Below, one piece after another: positions 1 to 14,325 of a stretch of 64,000 bases of DNA. The position numbers and the translations under genes were made by a program. Where the stretch lies: positions 150,536,001 through 150,600,000 of the forward strand of contig OX597816.1 of assembly GCA_951406725.2 (NCBI GenBank). Direction: 5' to 3'. The stretch is from Octopus vulgaris (Eukaryota). The notes under the pieces are model-generated. The model did not search any database. It saw only the letters and a list, made by a program, of their open reading frames with translations, and had not been told where the DNA came from. Position 1 is the first letter of the stretch. Every line of letters starts with the position of its first letter.

Positions 1-136
1 CTGTTGTACCATGTAATATTAGAAGCAATATCCTGGCATATATTGTATGTTGTGTCATATTTGACTGATACAATGTGTAGGGGTGAGGGTAACTGCAGAA
101 ACTAAACAAGGTTGGAAGCACACAGTTATAAGCACA

Positions 137-310
137 GGCATGGCTGAATGGTTGAGATGTTTGCTTCACAACTGTATAGTTTTAGGCAATCCTACTGTGC
201 AGTACCTTGGGCAAGTGTCTTCTATAGTGCCAGGTTGACCAAGGCCTTATGAGTGGATTTGGAGTGTAGAAACTGGAAGAAGCTTGTCATAAATATATGT
301 GTATGTGTGT
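137..310 (+). mobile_element. SINE family A 5' half
   Basis: Shared core accttgggcaagtgtcttctata...gagtggatttgg. Further partial copies lie at ~18650-18975 (+), 19810-19920 (-), 51820-51935 (-), 55640-55812 (-) and 57625-57780 (-). Confidence 0.8.
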
Positions 311-563
311 GTTTACATTTGTACTTCTCTGAAAATTGTTGAGCTACAAGCAGTGAGATTGTGGTCATTACCCCTTTTTTTTTTGTTTTAGCAAGAAATC
401 CTTACTTTCCTATTTCAGTAGATCTTTAGAAATTAAAATGCTATTTAAATTCTATAAAATTTTATTATTCACCCTACAGCTTTCTATACAACTCATATTG
501 GGTTCTATTTAGATTTTGGTATCTTTGATCTTTGAGTTAAGAGATTTTCACCCCACCTCTCTT

Positions 564-606
<43 letters not shown>

Positions 607-1220
607 GCATTGTTCCAAAACCATCATCAAAATCCTGATGAACGATGGTTGTATGATTAGTGTTGATGAATTTAAGAAAGACAGTGATGATGGGTTAGTA
701 TGTGTGGTGCATCTATCCTTTTCCCAATGCTTGCACAAATTGTAAACAATAGCTGATGATGATTATGATTGTTTTAGTCATTGGACTGTTGTTCTACAGC
801 TGAGTCACCTACAAAGGTTTTACTCAATCTTATCAATTCCATTATATTCATCTGGTACTTATTTTGTTGTCGTCTGCTTAATAAATTGTTCAGTTTTACA
901 TTTTTAATGGGAAGGAGTGTAATTCAATCCACCAAATTCAATTTCACCAAATGATGTCAATGGTCATCTTCGAACCCGAAGGACGAACATTATTATTATA
1001 ACAAATGAACAAAGACTTTTCTACTCTAGGCACAAGGCCCGAAATTTTGGGGGAGGAGGCCAATTGATTAGATCAACCCCAGTACATAACTGGTACTTAA
1101 TTTATTGACCCCGGAAGGATGAAAGGCACTGAAACAAACAATATATATGGGAGTGCAGGTGTGTGTGAATGTGTATGTATGTGTAATATATATACAGATA
1201 TACATGTGGGAATATATATA

Positions 1221-1567
1221 TTTGACTGTGGCCATGCTGGCCTGTAGTCGAGCAAATCGACCCCAGGACTTAGTCTTTGTATTAGTATTTATTCTATTAG
1301 TCTCTTTTGCTGAACCACTAAGTCACAGTGGCGTAAACACACCACCATCAGTTGTCAAGTGATCTTGTGGGGACAAACACACACATGCATTTATATATAC
1401 ATATACGACAGGCTTCTTTCAGTTTCTGTTTAACAAATCCACTCACAAGACTTTGGTTGGCCTGAGGCTATAGTAGAAGACACTTGCCCAAGTGCCACGC
1501 AGTGGGACTGAACCTGGAACCATGTGGTTCGTAAGGAAGCTACTTACCACACAGCCACTCCTTCGCC
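1221..1567 (-). mobile_element. SINE family A copy
   Basis: Reverse complement of the 23157-23548 element (gaagacacttgcccaagtgccacgcagtgggactgaacc...ttaccacacagccact). Confidence 0.9.
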
Positions 1568-2307
<740 letters not shown>

Positions 2308-2785
2308 TGCGTCTGTCTCTGAATATTTGATAATGTGGACATACATTTTAAGTAATGTGAAGCTGAATATTATTAAATACATATAGCTCGAACTAAATGT
2401 GTTGGAGGTTACTTTCATTTGTTCATTCACTTGTATGTATGTATAACCAGTTTATATAACTACCTGAATATGACTACATTTGTCAGATAATTTGCAGGAT
2501 ACAGCTGTTGGCAACATGTGTTCACAAAGTTTCCGACTCAGTGACTTAGAAAGAGCAGATAGGTAAAATAATACATAGAGACTTGATATTAGGATCAATG
2601 GCCACTCCCCTGCTTGCCTATATACCTGTTGCCAGTTAAGTGTATTTCCCTTCAATTATTGATTTCTGACAGACACAAGGCTATAGATTTCTGGGAAAAA
2701 GGAAAAGAGATTATGTGATGTTCATACCTTTTCTGGGGACTAGGATTAATATGTATATGTGAGTGTGAGTGCGCAATATGTATGT

Positions 2786-2820
<35 letters not shown>

Positions 2821-3164
2821 TAATAACCAATAGAGAAAATGACTGTTCAACCACTGCATTAATGAATAAATATTCTTTATTTGTGGGTAACCAATAATAT
2901 TCTCATCCAAAATGGAGACAAGTACTAACATTCCCATGTGGTACAATTGTAAAGATCTCTCTCTAGGTAAAACCATTGGTAGTCTCGTTAACCCACAAAT
3001 AAAGTATATATCTGATTGTGTGTGTATGTATATCTTAAGAATACATTTATGTCATAGGGATGGAAAAAGACAATATATGAATTGAAATCAGATTAAGAAC
3101 TTGGCTCCCTAGATGCTTGTCTCAGATCTGCAGCACAGAGATATCATTATTATTAAAATTGTTA

Positions 3165-4500
3165 TTTCAGATTGACTGAAGGTGACTGAGTGGGAGACAA
3201 GATGACTTGTGGATTTAGTTACATACCTTTATGTTCTGATTTCAAGTTCTGCCAGAATCAGATTTGCCTTTCATCCATCTAGTGTCGATAAAATAAGATA
3301 CCAGTCAAGTACTGGTCAATTTATATGGCTCTTTCTTCTCCCAAAATGTGTGACTTTATACTTACACATGAACTTATTGTTATTATTAATGATATGATGA
3401 GATATCACTTGAATCCAGTAAAAATGCCAACTGGTATTTTATCAACCCCAATAAAATGACTTTAGTAACATTTTTTACTTTAAGGATGGAGGAAAAAAAA
3501 AAAAAAATATTGTGTCTAGAACTCCTAAGATCTTTGCTAATTCATTACCTTAATAATCATGATAATGGTTTCAAATTTTCACACAAGGTCAGTAACTTCC
3601 AGTGATGGGGATCAGTCAATTATATCAACCCCAATGCTCAACTTGTTCTTATTTTTTTGACTCGGAAAGGATGGGACGCAAACTCAACCTCCACAGAATT
3701 TGAACTCCGAATGTGAAGACTGTTGAAATACCCCTAAGCATTTTGTCTGGCATGTTAATGATTCAGCCAGCTTGCCACCTTAGACAACAACAATAATAAT
3801 AATGATATCTTTTATTTGCCACCAGAACAAAGGATGAGGGGGATAGTACAATGACAGACATAAAGTGTGGGGATTTACATATAATGAAATGATAAAAAAA
3901 AAAAAATGAAAGTATAACACAATATACAATGAAACAAAGAAGGGAAGTATAATAATTTTTAATAGTCACAAATTGTTAAGGAAGAGTATAAAGTTAATTG
4001 ATTCTAAAAGATAATGAAGTCAATGGATTGGATTTGACCCCAGTGCTTAACTAGTATTTTATTTTATTAGACCAAAGAGGATGACAGGCAAAGTTGACCC
4101 TGGCAAAATTTGAACCTAGCATACATCTGTTATAAACTACATGTTTTATAATAATAGCTTATCAGGTACAAAGTTACACATATAGTGAGATGGAGTAGAA
4201 TTGATTATATTGATGTCAGTATATAAATGAAGGGTGTAAATGGAAATAGGTCCTATGAAAAAATGTGAATTCCAAATACAAAATAGTAAGGCTAATTATT
4301 TTCATGCATTTAATGCAGCATTATATTGTTGTTTCAGAACTCTAATGATGATTTCTTACCAAAAAAAAAAAGCACCAGACTAGAAATTTGAAAACGAAAT
4401 AAACTTTGGTACATATTTTATGGATTTTCATGGAATGAAAGAAAATTTAACTCCAGAAGGATTCAAATTTAGAATTTAAAAGAACACATCTAAATACAAG
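3165..4500. mobile_element. Cluster of diverged SINE family B copies
   Basis: Same unit motifs (gaatttgaactc, aaaggatg, gaccccagt). The first copy is plus and the rest are minus. A partial minus copy lies at 1016-1128. Confidence 0.75.
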
Positions 4501-6986
4501 AATAGGCACATCATACTTTTTAAGCTGCATTTTCTCAATACAGTAATACAATCTTCGTAATGCATAAAAAGTAACAATAGAAATAGCATTATGAAAATCA
4601 ACAAAAATGAAAATTACAACTCATGTCCTAGCAACAGTCCATCGACCCTTCTGCTATATAACAATGTGGTAACACCTGTTGAATACAGGCATATACCTAG
4701 TGTTACTATGAAAGCTCATGAGCATGCGTAAAAAGTTATGATAGTAACATTTATAGAGAAAGAAATAAGATTATGTGACAATCATGCTTTTTTAATCTCA
4801 TTATTGAAATTATATGAAATATCTTTAACTGAAAATCAAAACTAGGTCATTAGCTTGCAATTTTTTTCATTTGCTGAATAACACATGCCCTAATTTCCAA
4901 GTACTTTTGAAATTATTCCATTGTGTTCTTTATTTTTATTTGGTGTGTTTGCTTTAATTAATAATCCAAGGAAACGTTTACTTCTTATTTTGAGGAGTGC
5001 GTACAGTAGGGACTATTTTAAGGCTTTATCATCATAATGCTATAATCTGAAACCTTAGTCACTTTCTCATAATTGATTCCCTGATTCTTAAGATGTGTCC
5101 TATTGCTTGTGTGAAAACTCATAACCTTTTACAAGTATCACTGGTATATATTACCATTTACAAATATAAACTAATTACTATGGACTATTAACAAGTGCAA
5201 GTTATTGTTGTAAAATGGTTATACTGCTAAATATTTTTCCAATAGATCTTTGGTTTCAAACTTTGTGATAGAGGTTGTGTTTCACCTTTTTTCACAACTT
5301 GACCCTTTTTAATAAACCAGAAAATATGTAACAATCTTAGGCAAGTTGACATCTCTTGGCCACAATATTTTCTTCATATATCAGAAGCAAACAAACTTTG
5401 TTTCTACCCTATCAGCTTAGAGTGCACGAGGTCTAACTATGACAAAGAAAAAATCAAAAGAATATACAAAGGAGCTCTTAGGAAAATTAATAGACCTTAT
5501 TACTTGGGATGTGATACAAATGAATCCAAAAGACGAGTCTTTGTTGACTAGCTTATTATTGCTAGCTTATTATATAATTCATCTGTCTTTGATCAGACAC
5601 AAATTGTTCATGTAATATTTGTCTTTAGAATAGCATTAGCCATCTCTTGGGACAGAACAATATATAGTTGATCATGCACAAGACATTTTAAATTACTTAC
5701 GCAAAACAAGAACTAATATGTAGCATGACAGTCTATTCTACTATTTCTGTGGTCAATACTTATTTTCAAATTTACAGACAAAATAATGGCAATTTTCCTT
5801 AGAATGATTCAAATATTTTTGCCTTAATAAAGACTAGTTTATAATTGTTATTTATTGTAGATGTGTATGTGATAATAAAATTTTCAATGACCAATTTCCA
5901 CCAAATTTTGTCACTGTGGAAAGATAGCTACAATCTCTATATCAATGTAATTGTTGCAGCTGTATTTTTCTCTTATGAATTTTTAAGTTTAGAGTCTGCA
6001 TTATGCATTGACAACAGTCAAAATATTGATTTGATTTATCAGCATCTTTATATAATTTTCAAACATATGTTATTCTACTGTAAACAGCTTTGCCAACAGC
6101 TTTCTCATACTACCAACACCACCACTACCACAATGTTCAATAAAACTGTACTTGAATTTATCTCCTGTCTTTCTTTTGAAGGCGGTCAGTTTTCCTTTCT
6201 ATTTCTTGTTTCGTATTTTTTTCTTCCCAAGTCTTTATAATAATGTTTTTAAAGAAGGATTAAGTTATATTTGGTTTGCAATTCAATTGAAGTTTGCTTT
6301 TTAACTGTCTTAAAAACATGGTTAGAGCAAGCTGTGATACAAGAAGCATAATCCTTCCCATAACATAATGTCAATGAGCAACTGTGAAGGTTGCAATGGA
6401 AAAATTCATAAATCTTTTCAAACAGAAAGCAAAAAAGACGATTGATAAATTCTGTGACACAGAAAAGATAATCAGTGTAAAGATCCCTGATGGATAGGAA
6501 ATATTCTGAGAACTTTCTTTTGCCAACATAACAGGCTTAGCTCTTATTCTCCTCTCTTTCTCTCTCGTGTACATGCGCTTATATTATTTTATTGAAAACT
6601 ATCTACAGAAGTTAGTTCTGTAGCTATATCATGAAATCAATAAATATATGACAATCAGTATAGCATGTGTCCATTACTATAGTTTACTAAGTGGAACTAA
6701 GAAAATAATTCATGTCAGCATTATGAATAATACTGTTTATCCATGTATCTCCCAGTACCCTTTGTCTGTCCCTTGTACAAAAAATAATTTTCTTTCAATC
6801 TTTCTTTTCATTTATCTATTTATTTTTCTGTGCTATCTACCCAGCAATATATAACACTTGAATTTACTTAGCTCATTGCAGATGATAATTAGGATTTAGT
6901 TTCTTTATTAATATTAAAGTCATATATAAGAAAGGAAAAAAAAAATCCCTGATAGAACTGACCTCACTGATCTTTGACTTAAATTT

Positions 6987-7028
<42 letters not shown>

Positions 7029-8088
7029 AGCGCTGCCAAAGCAACTTTGATTGTATATAATGAAGCGGTGAAGTTACTAAAAGAAAAACTTTTCATGTGC
7101 TGTAACTATTCAAAGCTGTCATTGAAACACTCTTACCAGCTTAACCAAAAATAGAATACCTGTAACACCATAACTACAATCGTGCATAAGGAATGCACCT
7201 AGATGCCAAATTAGTTATGTTTAGTAAAGGTAGATTTCTGAGACATGCCTTTCACACTTGTTTGCTTTCTATTTATTTAACTCATCTGATAACATGGTGA
7301 TTTCAGCTTCAAAGCCTGGAGCTATAATCTGCATGCACCATTTATATTTCTCTATTATTTCTTATTTAGGAGAACTTATAGCAAATATATTGTAACTACA
7401 TTGTTGTTTGTTCCCTTTCACTGAAGAATTAATAATATTTCTCCATAATATTGGCTTACAGCTTAGTCCAGGCATTAAGTATTTAGATTAGATACTTAAT
7501 TGGTATTCTCTATTTAGCTCTGCAAGCTTTACAGTGAGTCTAGTTAATAGTGATGACCTACAACTATGCTATATCCATAGCCAAGGAATTTAACTTTCAA
7601 TAACCCACTCAAGTAGATAGATGATATAAGTTGTTAAAATTCTTTCTAGCAAGCAGAAGGGGCTCTGAATAATTTGTAAATGTTTTGCTAGCTTACAGTA
7701 CTGGGTTCATATTTTCCAAAGTGTTTGCAAAAGACAATGAGAGATAACTTACTTTGTATTCAGTCTTCAATTATTATGGAAAAATGTCTTAAGAATCCAA
7801 GGGTTTGGGGAATTCACTTATATGTTTCAAAAATAATTAACTGAAGCTTTTCACTAGATATGTATAGTTTCCTTCCCAGCAGATAATCCTAAAATAGATT
7901 CTTATCTAGGTTTTGGCCAGAGCTGGCCCAGGACAATCATTTGTATTAACTTTAACAATTAATTGCATTTGCTTCAATTTTCTTTTCCACTTTCATATCA
8001 CAATATCATCATACTCTTTTTTGACCATTCTCTTTCTCTCTGTCCCTCAATATGTATACATACATCTGTGTGTGTATTTGTGGATGAG

Positions 8089-8129
<41 letters not shown>

Positions 8130-9066
8130 CAGAGAGAGACAGAGAGAGACTGGCAGATTCAGTTGATAGATAGATATTATCTGTCTATAATACTATCTGC
8201 TATCTGTCAGTTCACATCCTTCAACAGAAATGTATAAAGATGACATTTAGTAACCCTACTTTACAGCATTTACTTATTCACTTTGCTTACTCAGAGTAGC
8301 CATGTTTATTTTTGTTTACAGGGAGCCATGCATACATGTATGTACATACACACATCTTCATGGATATAATCAATATGTTGTAATGTTACTTAAGAGTTTA
8401 CTGAAACAGCTGTAAGAGAAATGAATGTTTGAAATATCACTGATATTGGGGTTTTTTACCCTTTCAATTGCATTTTATATGTGCATGTACACACACACAC
8501 ACTCACACACACACACACATACACACACACATTTTCTTCACTAATTTTTTTCTCCTATCCCACTTCTGGCCATTTCGCTCATATACATTCGTTCATTTAT
8601 GTTAGACTTTTGCAGTTCATTTTCATTTTCCATATTTACTTGCCTATCTTACTGACTTCTTCCTTTACAATCATGTCTGAGTTATCAACAAAATATTTGA
8701 AGAACTCAGCAGGATATCACTCCAGTGCATCCTTCTTCAAATACTCTGTAACATCATATCAGCCTTATTGAGAATTAAATATGCAACATAATGGTGGTAA
8801 TGAGGAATAAAATATCATACACTATACTGTTTAAACAGTTTATTAAAACACCTTAATAGTGTTTAATGAACTGTTTAAACATATTTTTATATATGAATTC
8901 TCTAGTGACGTCTCTATACAAAGCATGACCTGGCTTACTGCCAGTTGGAACCTGTTTGAGATATACCTATATTCTCTAGTATTACAAATGATGTAATGAA
9001 CCTTGTAACATTCCCTACAATAAAACAGCAAGATGTATTCAGCACTTCATTGTTCTTAACTGCATT

Positions 9067-10447
9067 AATATCATTTTTTTCTGTTAGTCCAACAAAGTAA
9101 CACAGGAAACTACATTAATGTTTTCTTTATATAATATGAATTAAATATAAGATGTCTTCAATCCTTTGAACCATTCACTCTGACTTGTTCACAGTGAAGA
9201 TGAAAATGTAGAAATGATGACTGTGCATTTTCATTGACAACATTATGATAGATTTTAGTCTAATAGTTGAAAGTGAATATTTAAATAAAAGCAAAGATCC
9301 CATGCACTTCCTGTAATGTATTTGTAGTGAGCTGTTGCTATAAGTTGATAAATTAGCTGCAGTCTTGTGTTGTCCACCCTCATTATTCATTATCATATAA
9401 TGACAACATCATTGTATGATAATGATGTCACTGTTCTCTCATTTGTGATAAAACAAAAATAATAGCCTCTTATAAACTCATACTTAAGTTTTATTTCTGT
9501 CTGATCTAATTAATATGTCCTTGGTAAAATGGCAAGATGGCAAGTGGATGAACTATTGGGCTATGTGCTCAAAGGTTATGAGTTCAAGTCTCTATACATA
9601 TGCTTTAGAGTGAAACATTTTACTGTACATTTCTTCAGTTTATTTAACTGTTACTAACTGGTACAAAATAGATTTGAATTGACCAGCATCCTGTTCAGAG
9701 CATGGCATATCTCTCATCTACTTAACTGTATGAAATCAAGGTTGTGCTCTGACCAATAAAAACCTCTCAGAGTTCAGAATTGGATAAGGATAAAGATCCT
9801 TCCCTAGTCATTTAGATTCATTGGGCCAGTTTCCCAGTTTCTGTAGTGCATATATTAACCCTTGAATGGGATGCCAGTCCATCACAGGATTACTCACTTT
9901 TGCCAGCTGAGTGGACTGGAGCAACTTGAAATGAAGTGTTTTGTTCAAAAACACAACACATCAACTGGTTCAGGAACTGAAACTACAATCTTACGATCAT
10001 CAGTCCAATACCTTAACCACTGAGCCACATGTCAGTCAGAATTCAAGAAACATTGGTATTTTATATTACAATTAACCAACAAGAGAAATGATCTTCTTGA
10101 TATTCCATTAAATACTTGAGGACAAGGTACTAAATCTCTCTTCCTGATTCAGTATCCACAAATGCCACAGGTTTACATTGCACTTTCTTAATAAAGTTGA
10201 GCTCTTCATAAATTTTAGATGTTCTGCTAAGATACTAATATACAGCTGATGAAAATATTTTTCTTAAATAATAGTAATAGGCAACTTTTGATATCATCAT
10301 CTCTACATTTTCATCTTCACTGTGAACAAGTCAGGGTGAATGGTTCAAAAGATTGAAGATATCTTATATTTAATTCATATTATATAAAGAAAACATTAAT
10401 GTAGTTTCCTGTGTTACTTTGTTGGACTAACAGAAAAAAATTATATT
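9067..10447. repeat. 154-bp inverted repeat (arms 9067-9220 and 10294-10447)
   Basis: Base-by-base comparison shows 5 mismatches in 154 bp and no indels. The spacer is 1073 bp. Confidence 0.95.
9820..10031 (-). mobile_element. tRNA-derived SINE with a Meta-domain-like body
   Basis: Minus strand reads gtggctcagtggttaaggtattggactg (A box) ... aatcctgtgatggactggcatcccattcaaggg...tacagaaactgg, which resembles the MetaSINE central domain as I recall it. An older plus-strand relative lies at ~9530-9785. Confidence 0.7.
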
Positions 10448-10490
10448 CTATTCTGAAGGAATATGCTCTTAACAAAAATGTTGTATACTA

Positions 10491-12374
10491 TCATTATCAT
10501 CATCATCGTTTAACGTCCATTTTCTATGCTGGCATGGGTTGGACGGTTTGACTGAGGACTGGCAAACCAGTAGGCCACATCTACAGCTGGATGCCCTTCC
10601 TAATTATAAGCACTCCGAGAGTGTAGTGGGTGCTTTTTACGTGCCACTGGCACAGGAGCCAGTCGGGGCAGGTGGGGCTGACATCAACCACATTCAGATG
10701 GTGCTTTTTACATACCACTGGCACAGGGAGCCAGTCAGGTGGCACTGGCAACGACTCATGCATGAATGGTGCTTATTGCATGCCACCAGCACAAGAGCCA
10801 GTCAAGCATTACTGGCATCAGGCACAACTACAATTTCCATTTTTGATTGTGATCTGATTTTTGATTTAACTTGACTCAATAGGTCTCCTCAAGCACAGCA
10901 TGTCACTCAAAGATTCAAAAGGTACTTTTTAAATGGGCTGGTTATGCGACACTGGTATAGGCTATGGCTGTGATCTCACATTACTTGCTGGGTTTTCTCA
11001 ATCACAGCATATCTCCAGAGGTCTCGGTCTTTTGTCATTGCCTCTGTGATGCTCAACATTCAAAAGTCATGCTTCACCACCTCATCCCATGTCTTCCTGG
11101 GTCTCCCTCTTCCACAAGTTCCTTCCACTGTTAGGGAGTGACACTTCTTCTCACAGCTCTCCTCATCCATATGCAGCACAGGACCATACCAGCACAGTCG
11201 TCTCTCTTGCACACCACATCTGATGCTTCTTATGTCCAACACTTCTCTCAGGGCGCTTACACTCTGTTGTGTGTGCACACTGACATTTCACATCCAGTGG
11301 ATCATACCAGCTTCATTTCTTTCAAGCCTACACATCTTCAGCAGAGATGGCCCATGTTTCACTGCTGTGTAGCATGGCAGTTCACACATGTGCATCATAC
11401 AATTTACCTTTCACTCTACCTTTGTCACCAGTAGAGGTAAGAGCTTTCTGAACTTTGCCCAGGCTATTCTTATTCTAGTAGCAATGCTCTCTGAGCATCT
11501 ACCCCACTACAGACTTGGTTAATTGGGTAGTGGAAGCTATCAACTACTTTTAGTTTCTCCCTCTGGCATGTGATGGACTTTTTTTATGAGCATCTATGGT
11601 GTTTATTGCCCATGTGCATCTGTCGCACACAAAAGCTATCATCGTGGTTAACCTTCCTTTGATGTTGCTGCACCTCTTATGCATCCATAGCTTACACTGG
11701 GTACATCTTATGGAGTTTCTACCTACACCTTTTCTATAGATCGAGCAGGGCCATCTACCTGAAGGGGTTTGTGATGTGTTCGCCCTCCTCCTTACTTGGA
11801 CTTTGGTTTTTGCAACATTGACTCTAAGGCCCATTGATTCTAAACCTTGCTTCCATACCTGAAATTTCTTCTCTAGTTCTGGTAGTGATTCTGCTATGAG
11901 AGCAAGGTCATCAGCATAGAGGAGCTCCCATGGGCAACCTGCCTTGAATTCCTCTGTTACTGCCTGGTGGACTATGATGAATAAAAGGAGGCTGAGGGCT
12001 GATCCTTGGTGAACCCCTACATCTACACAGAATTCTTCACTATACTCATTGCCAACCCTTACCTTACTAACAACATCCCTGTACAGGGCCTGTACTGCTC
12101 TTATTAACCACTTGTCAATCCCTAGTTTCTGCATCACCCACCAGATAAGGGATCAGGGGACCCTGTCAAAGGCTTTTTCCAAGTCAAGAAAAGCCAAGTA
12201 TAGGGATTTATTGTTAGCTAGGTATTTCTCCTGTAGTTGCCTTACCAGGAATATAGCATCATTGGTGCTTCTACCTGGCACAAAACCAAACTGCATCTCA
12301 TCTAAGCAAACTTTCTCCCTAATTATTTGGGCTATGACCCTCTCTGTGACCTTCATCACCTGATCTAGCAGTTT
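10491..12374 (-). mobile_element. RTE-clade LINE, 5'-truncated and disrupted (RT domain to 3' end)
   Basis: Minus-strand ORF pieces give RT motifs QFGFVPGRSTNDAIF, AFLDLEKAFDRVP, GVHQGSALS and LLYADDL, then a Cys-rich segment (WPCSIYRKGVGRNSIRCTQCKLWMHKRC) and the RTE C-terminal GRGRPRKTW. It ends in a 3' UTR with a (GAT)n tail near 10491-10507. Stops and frameshifts split the ORF. Confidence 0.95.
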
Positions 12375-13004
12375 TTCTTGAAGTCTCCTCCTGTGTCACC
12401 TGATTGATTAACTTTTAAATATATAGATGGCCTCAAACCTTAGGTATTCAGTGAATAATGAAATGAGATGTGCCAAGCAGTAATTATAATAAAATGCACT
12501 TAATCATTGTTTCATTAACCCAACCCTCAAAAGAACCTGAATTTTACAGTTGTGCAAAATGAAAACAAAGAACTAATGAACCTTCTGGCAAACTAAGAGA
12601 AAAGAAATACTGTGCAGAATGATTATGAGATAGGGGATAAGTGCATCTAACTGAAAAATAGTAGATAGTTAGTGAAAAACACATCAACAACAGGAGCACT
12701 ATCCAGAGGATGCAAGAGATTTTGAGGTTCATCTAAGATTGGACATAGTCATGGGCCATTTGGAAAGATCCTGTTTGCTGGTGGTGTTTGAACTCAGAAT
12801 ATTGTTAAAAGAAACAAAATGATTCATGGCATTCAATCTGACACTCCATCATTTTTACCAATTCACTGCCCTCACTAATGAAATCAAATATTGACAATCC
12901 ATGCGGAATGTTGGGAAATCAATTCTTGAAGTGTAAGTAAAGAGAAAACAGAAGCAGTTAATGAATTCCAAAGTAATGTAAAAGCATTCAATGGTGTTTA
13001 TCAA

Positions 13005-13007
<3 letters not shown>

Positions 13008-13092
<85 letters not shown>

Positions 13093-13095
13093 GGT
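13008..13095. repeat. Compound trinucleotide microsatellite (TTA)n-(GTA)n-(GTG)n
   Basis: Directly visible; abuts the 3' end of the Tx1-like remnant. Confidence 0.95.
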
Positions 13096-13099
13096 GTTT

Positions 13100-14200
13100 T
13101 CTTTTATTTGCCACAGAGGCATCAAATGAGGAGAACATTACAAGGACAATTAACAATTTCTGTGCAGGCTTACATAAAAAGATGAGGAGGAAGAGATGCG
13201 TTAAAAAGCATTCAAAGTATACAAAATCTGTAAACACATGGATGATGAGTTCTCTTAATACAGGAGAGCCTCTAACTAGGGTCAATCAAGGAACCCCACA
13301 AATCCAGGACTGCCTTGACCACCAAAGGCACAAACCCTCACCCATCTGTCATTCCCTAATCTACAGGTGCATGCTTTGAGTTGTTCCATTAACAATTTTT
13401 GCCACAGTCACTCACCTTTTGAGAAATTCACTCGGGGTAGTAACCATAGTGGTCCCATGCCTGAAAGTCCTCTGAAACTAGTTCATTCTCTTATAGTTTC
13501 CCTGAGAATTTCATTGCTCTTACCCACTACCAGTTATTGCTAAACTAAATCTACATAGCCTCAGTACATGTCTCTGCATCAACAGCCACAGCATACCAAG
13601 CCTACTGACAACAGATGACTTATCTGATCATGGAATGCATTCCTTTCATAGGAAGTAGAAATGTAGATATCCCAATCTGCTCAAATGGAGGCTGGGACAA
13701 GACAGTGAGTTATGATGGAAGTAAAGTAGGCATTCACCACCTCTGTTTAACTTTTTAGGGATAGCTTCCTTTCAGCCTATTTCTGAGTGAGAATAGCCAC
13801 TGTGCTCATAACCTCATCCCAGTTCCTTTCTACCTGAGGTCTGGACCAAATCAGACCCTGAGTAGTTTAAGCAGTACAGCTGTTTAGCAAAATTTGATGC
13901 TGTTCTATAATATAGACTTGCTCTTCCTGGTGCCAAGCTGTTAAGCCTACCAACTTGTCCAGATTTATCTTTGGTTCTGCTATTATCTCATACTCTTTTA
14001 GAATGGGGACAACTACTTCCACTTCTGTAGGATTGTCATTATGCTGATATCATCTGCACATGCTGTTACAGCTCTTCTATATCCTAATTCAAAAGGAATG
14101 CCCTTTAAGAATTCTAGCTTCCACAGCAAGGGCTCATGGATCAGCACTTATGAAAGAGATAAGAGAAGACAGAGAGCATGATGTGAAAAAGTTTGAGAAG
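13100..14200 (-). mobile_element. Decayed L1/Tx1-type LINE remnant (RT to 3' end)
   Basis: Manual minus-strand translation gives, in the expected order, EPLLWKL (~14135), ACADDIS (degenerate YADD, ~14040-14062), KLLRV*FGPDL..RNWDEV (~13810-13872), RKLSLK..EVVNAY (~13730-13770) and GLGMLWLLMQRHVLRL (~13558-13602). Confidence 0.72.
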
Positions 14201-14325
14201 TAGCCATTCACTTTATCCACCAAGCAAGTGCAACTGTGCATTATTGCAATCCAGTTTCTGAAAACATTTTATGATTATTCTACCAAAAGACCTCTTTCAG
14301 TAATAATAACAATAATAATAATGAT

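Noticed and set aside
8650-8770. Minus-strand frame YDVTEYLKKDALE*YPAEFFKYFVDNSDMIVKEEV as a selenoprotein or readthrough exon
   Set aside because: A further TGA and a TAA lie immediately upstream, no usable acceptor is in phase, and no homology was recognised.
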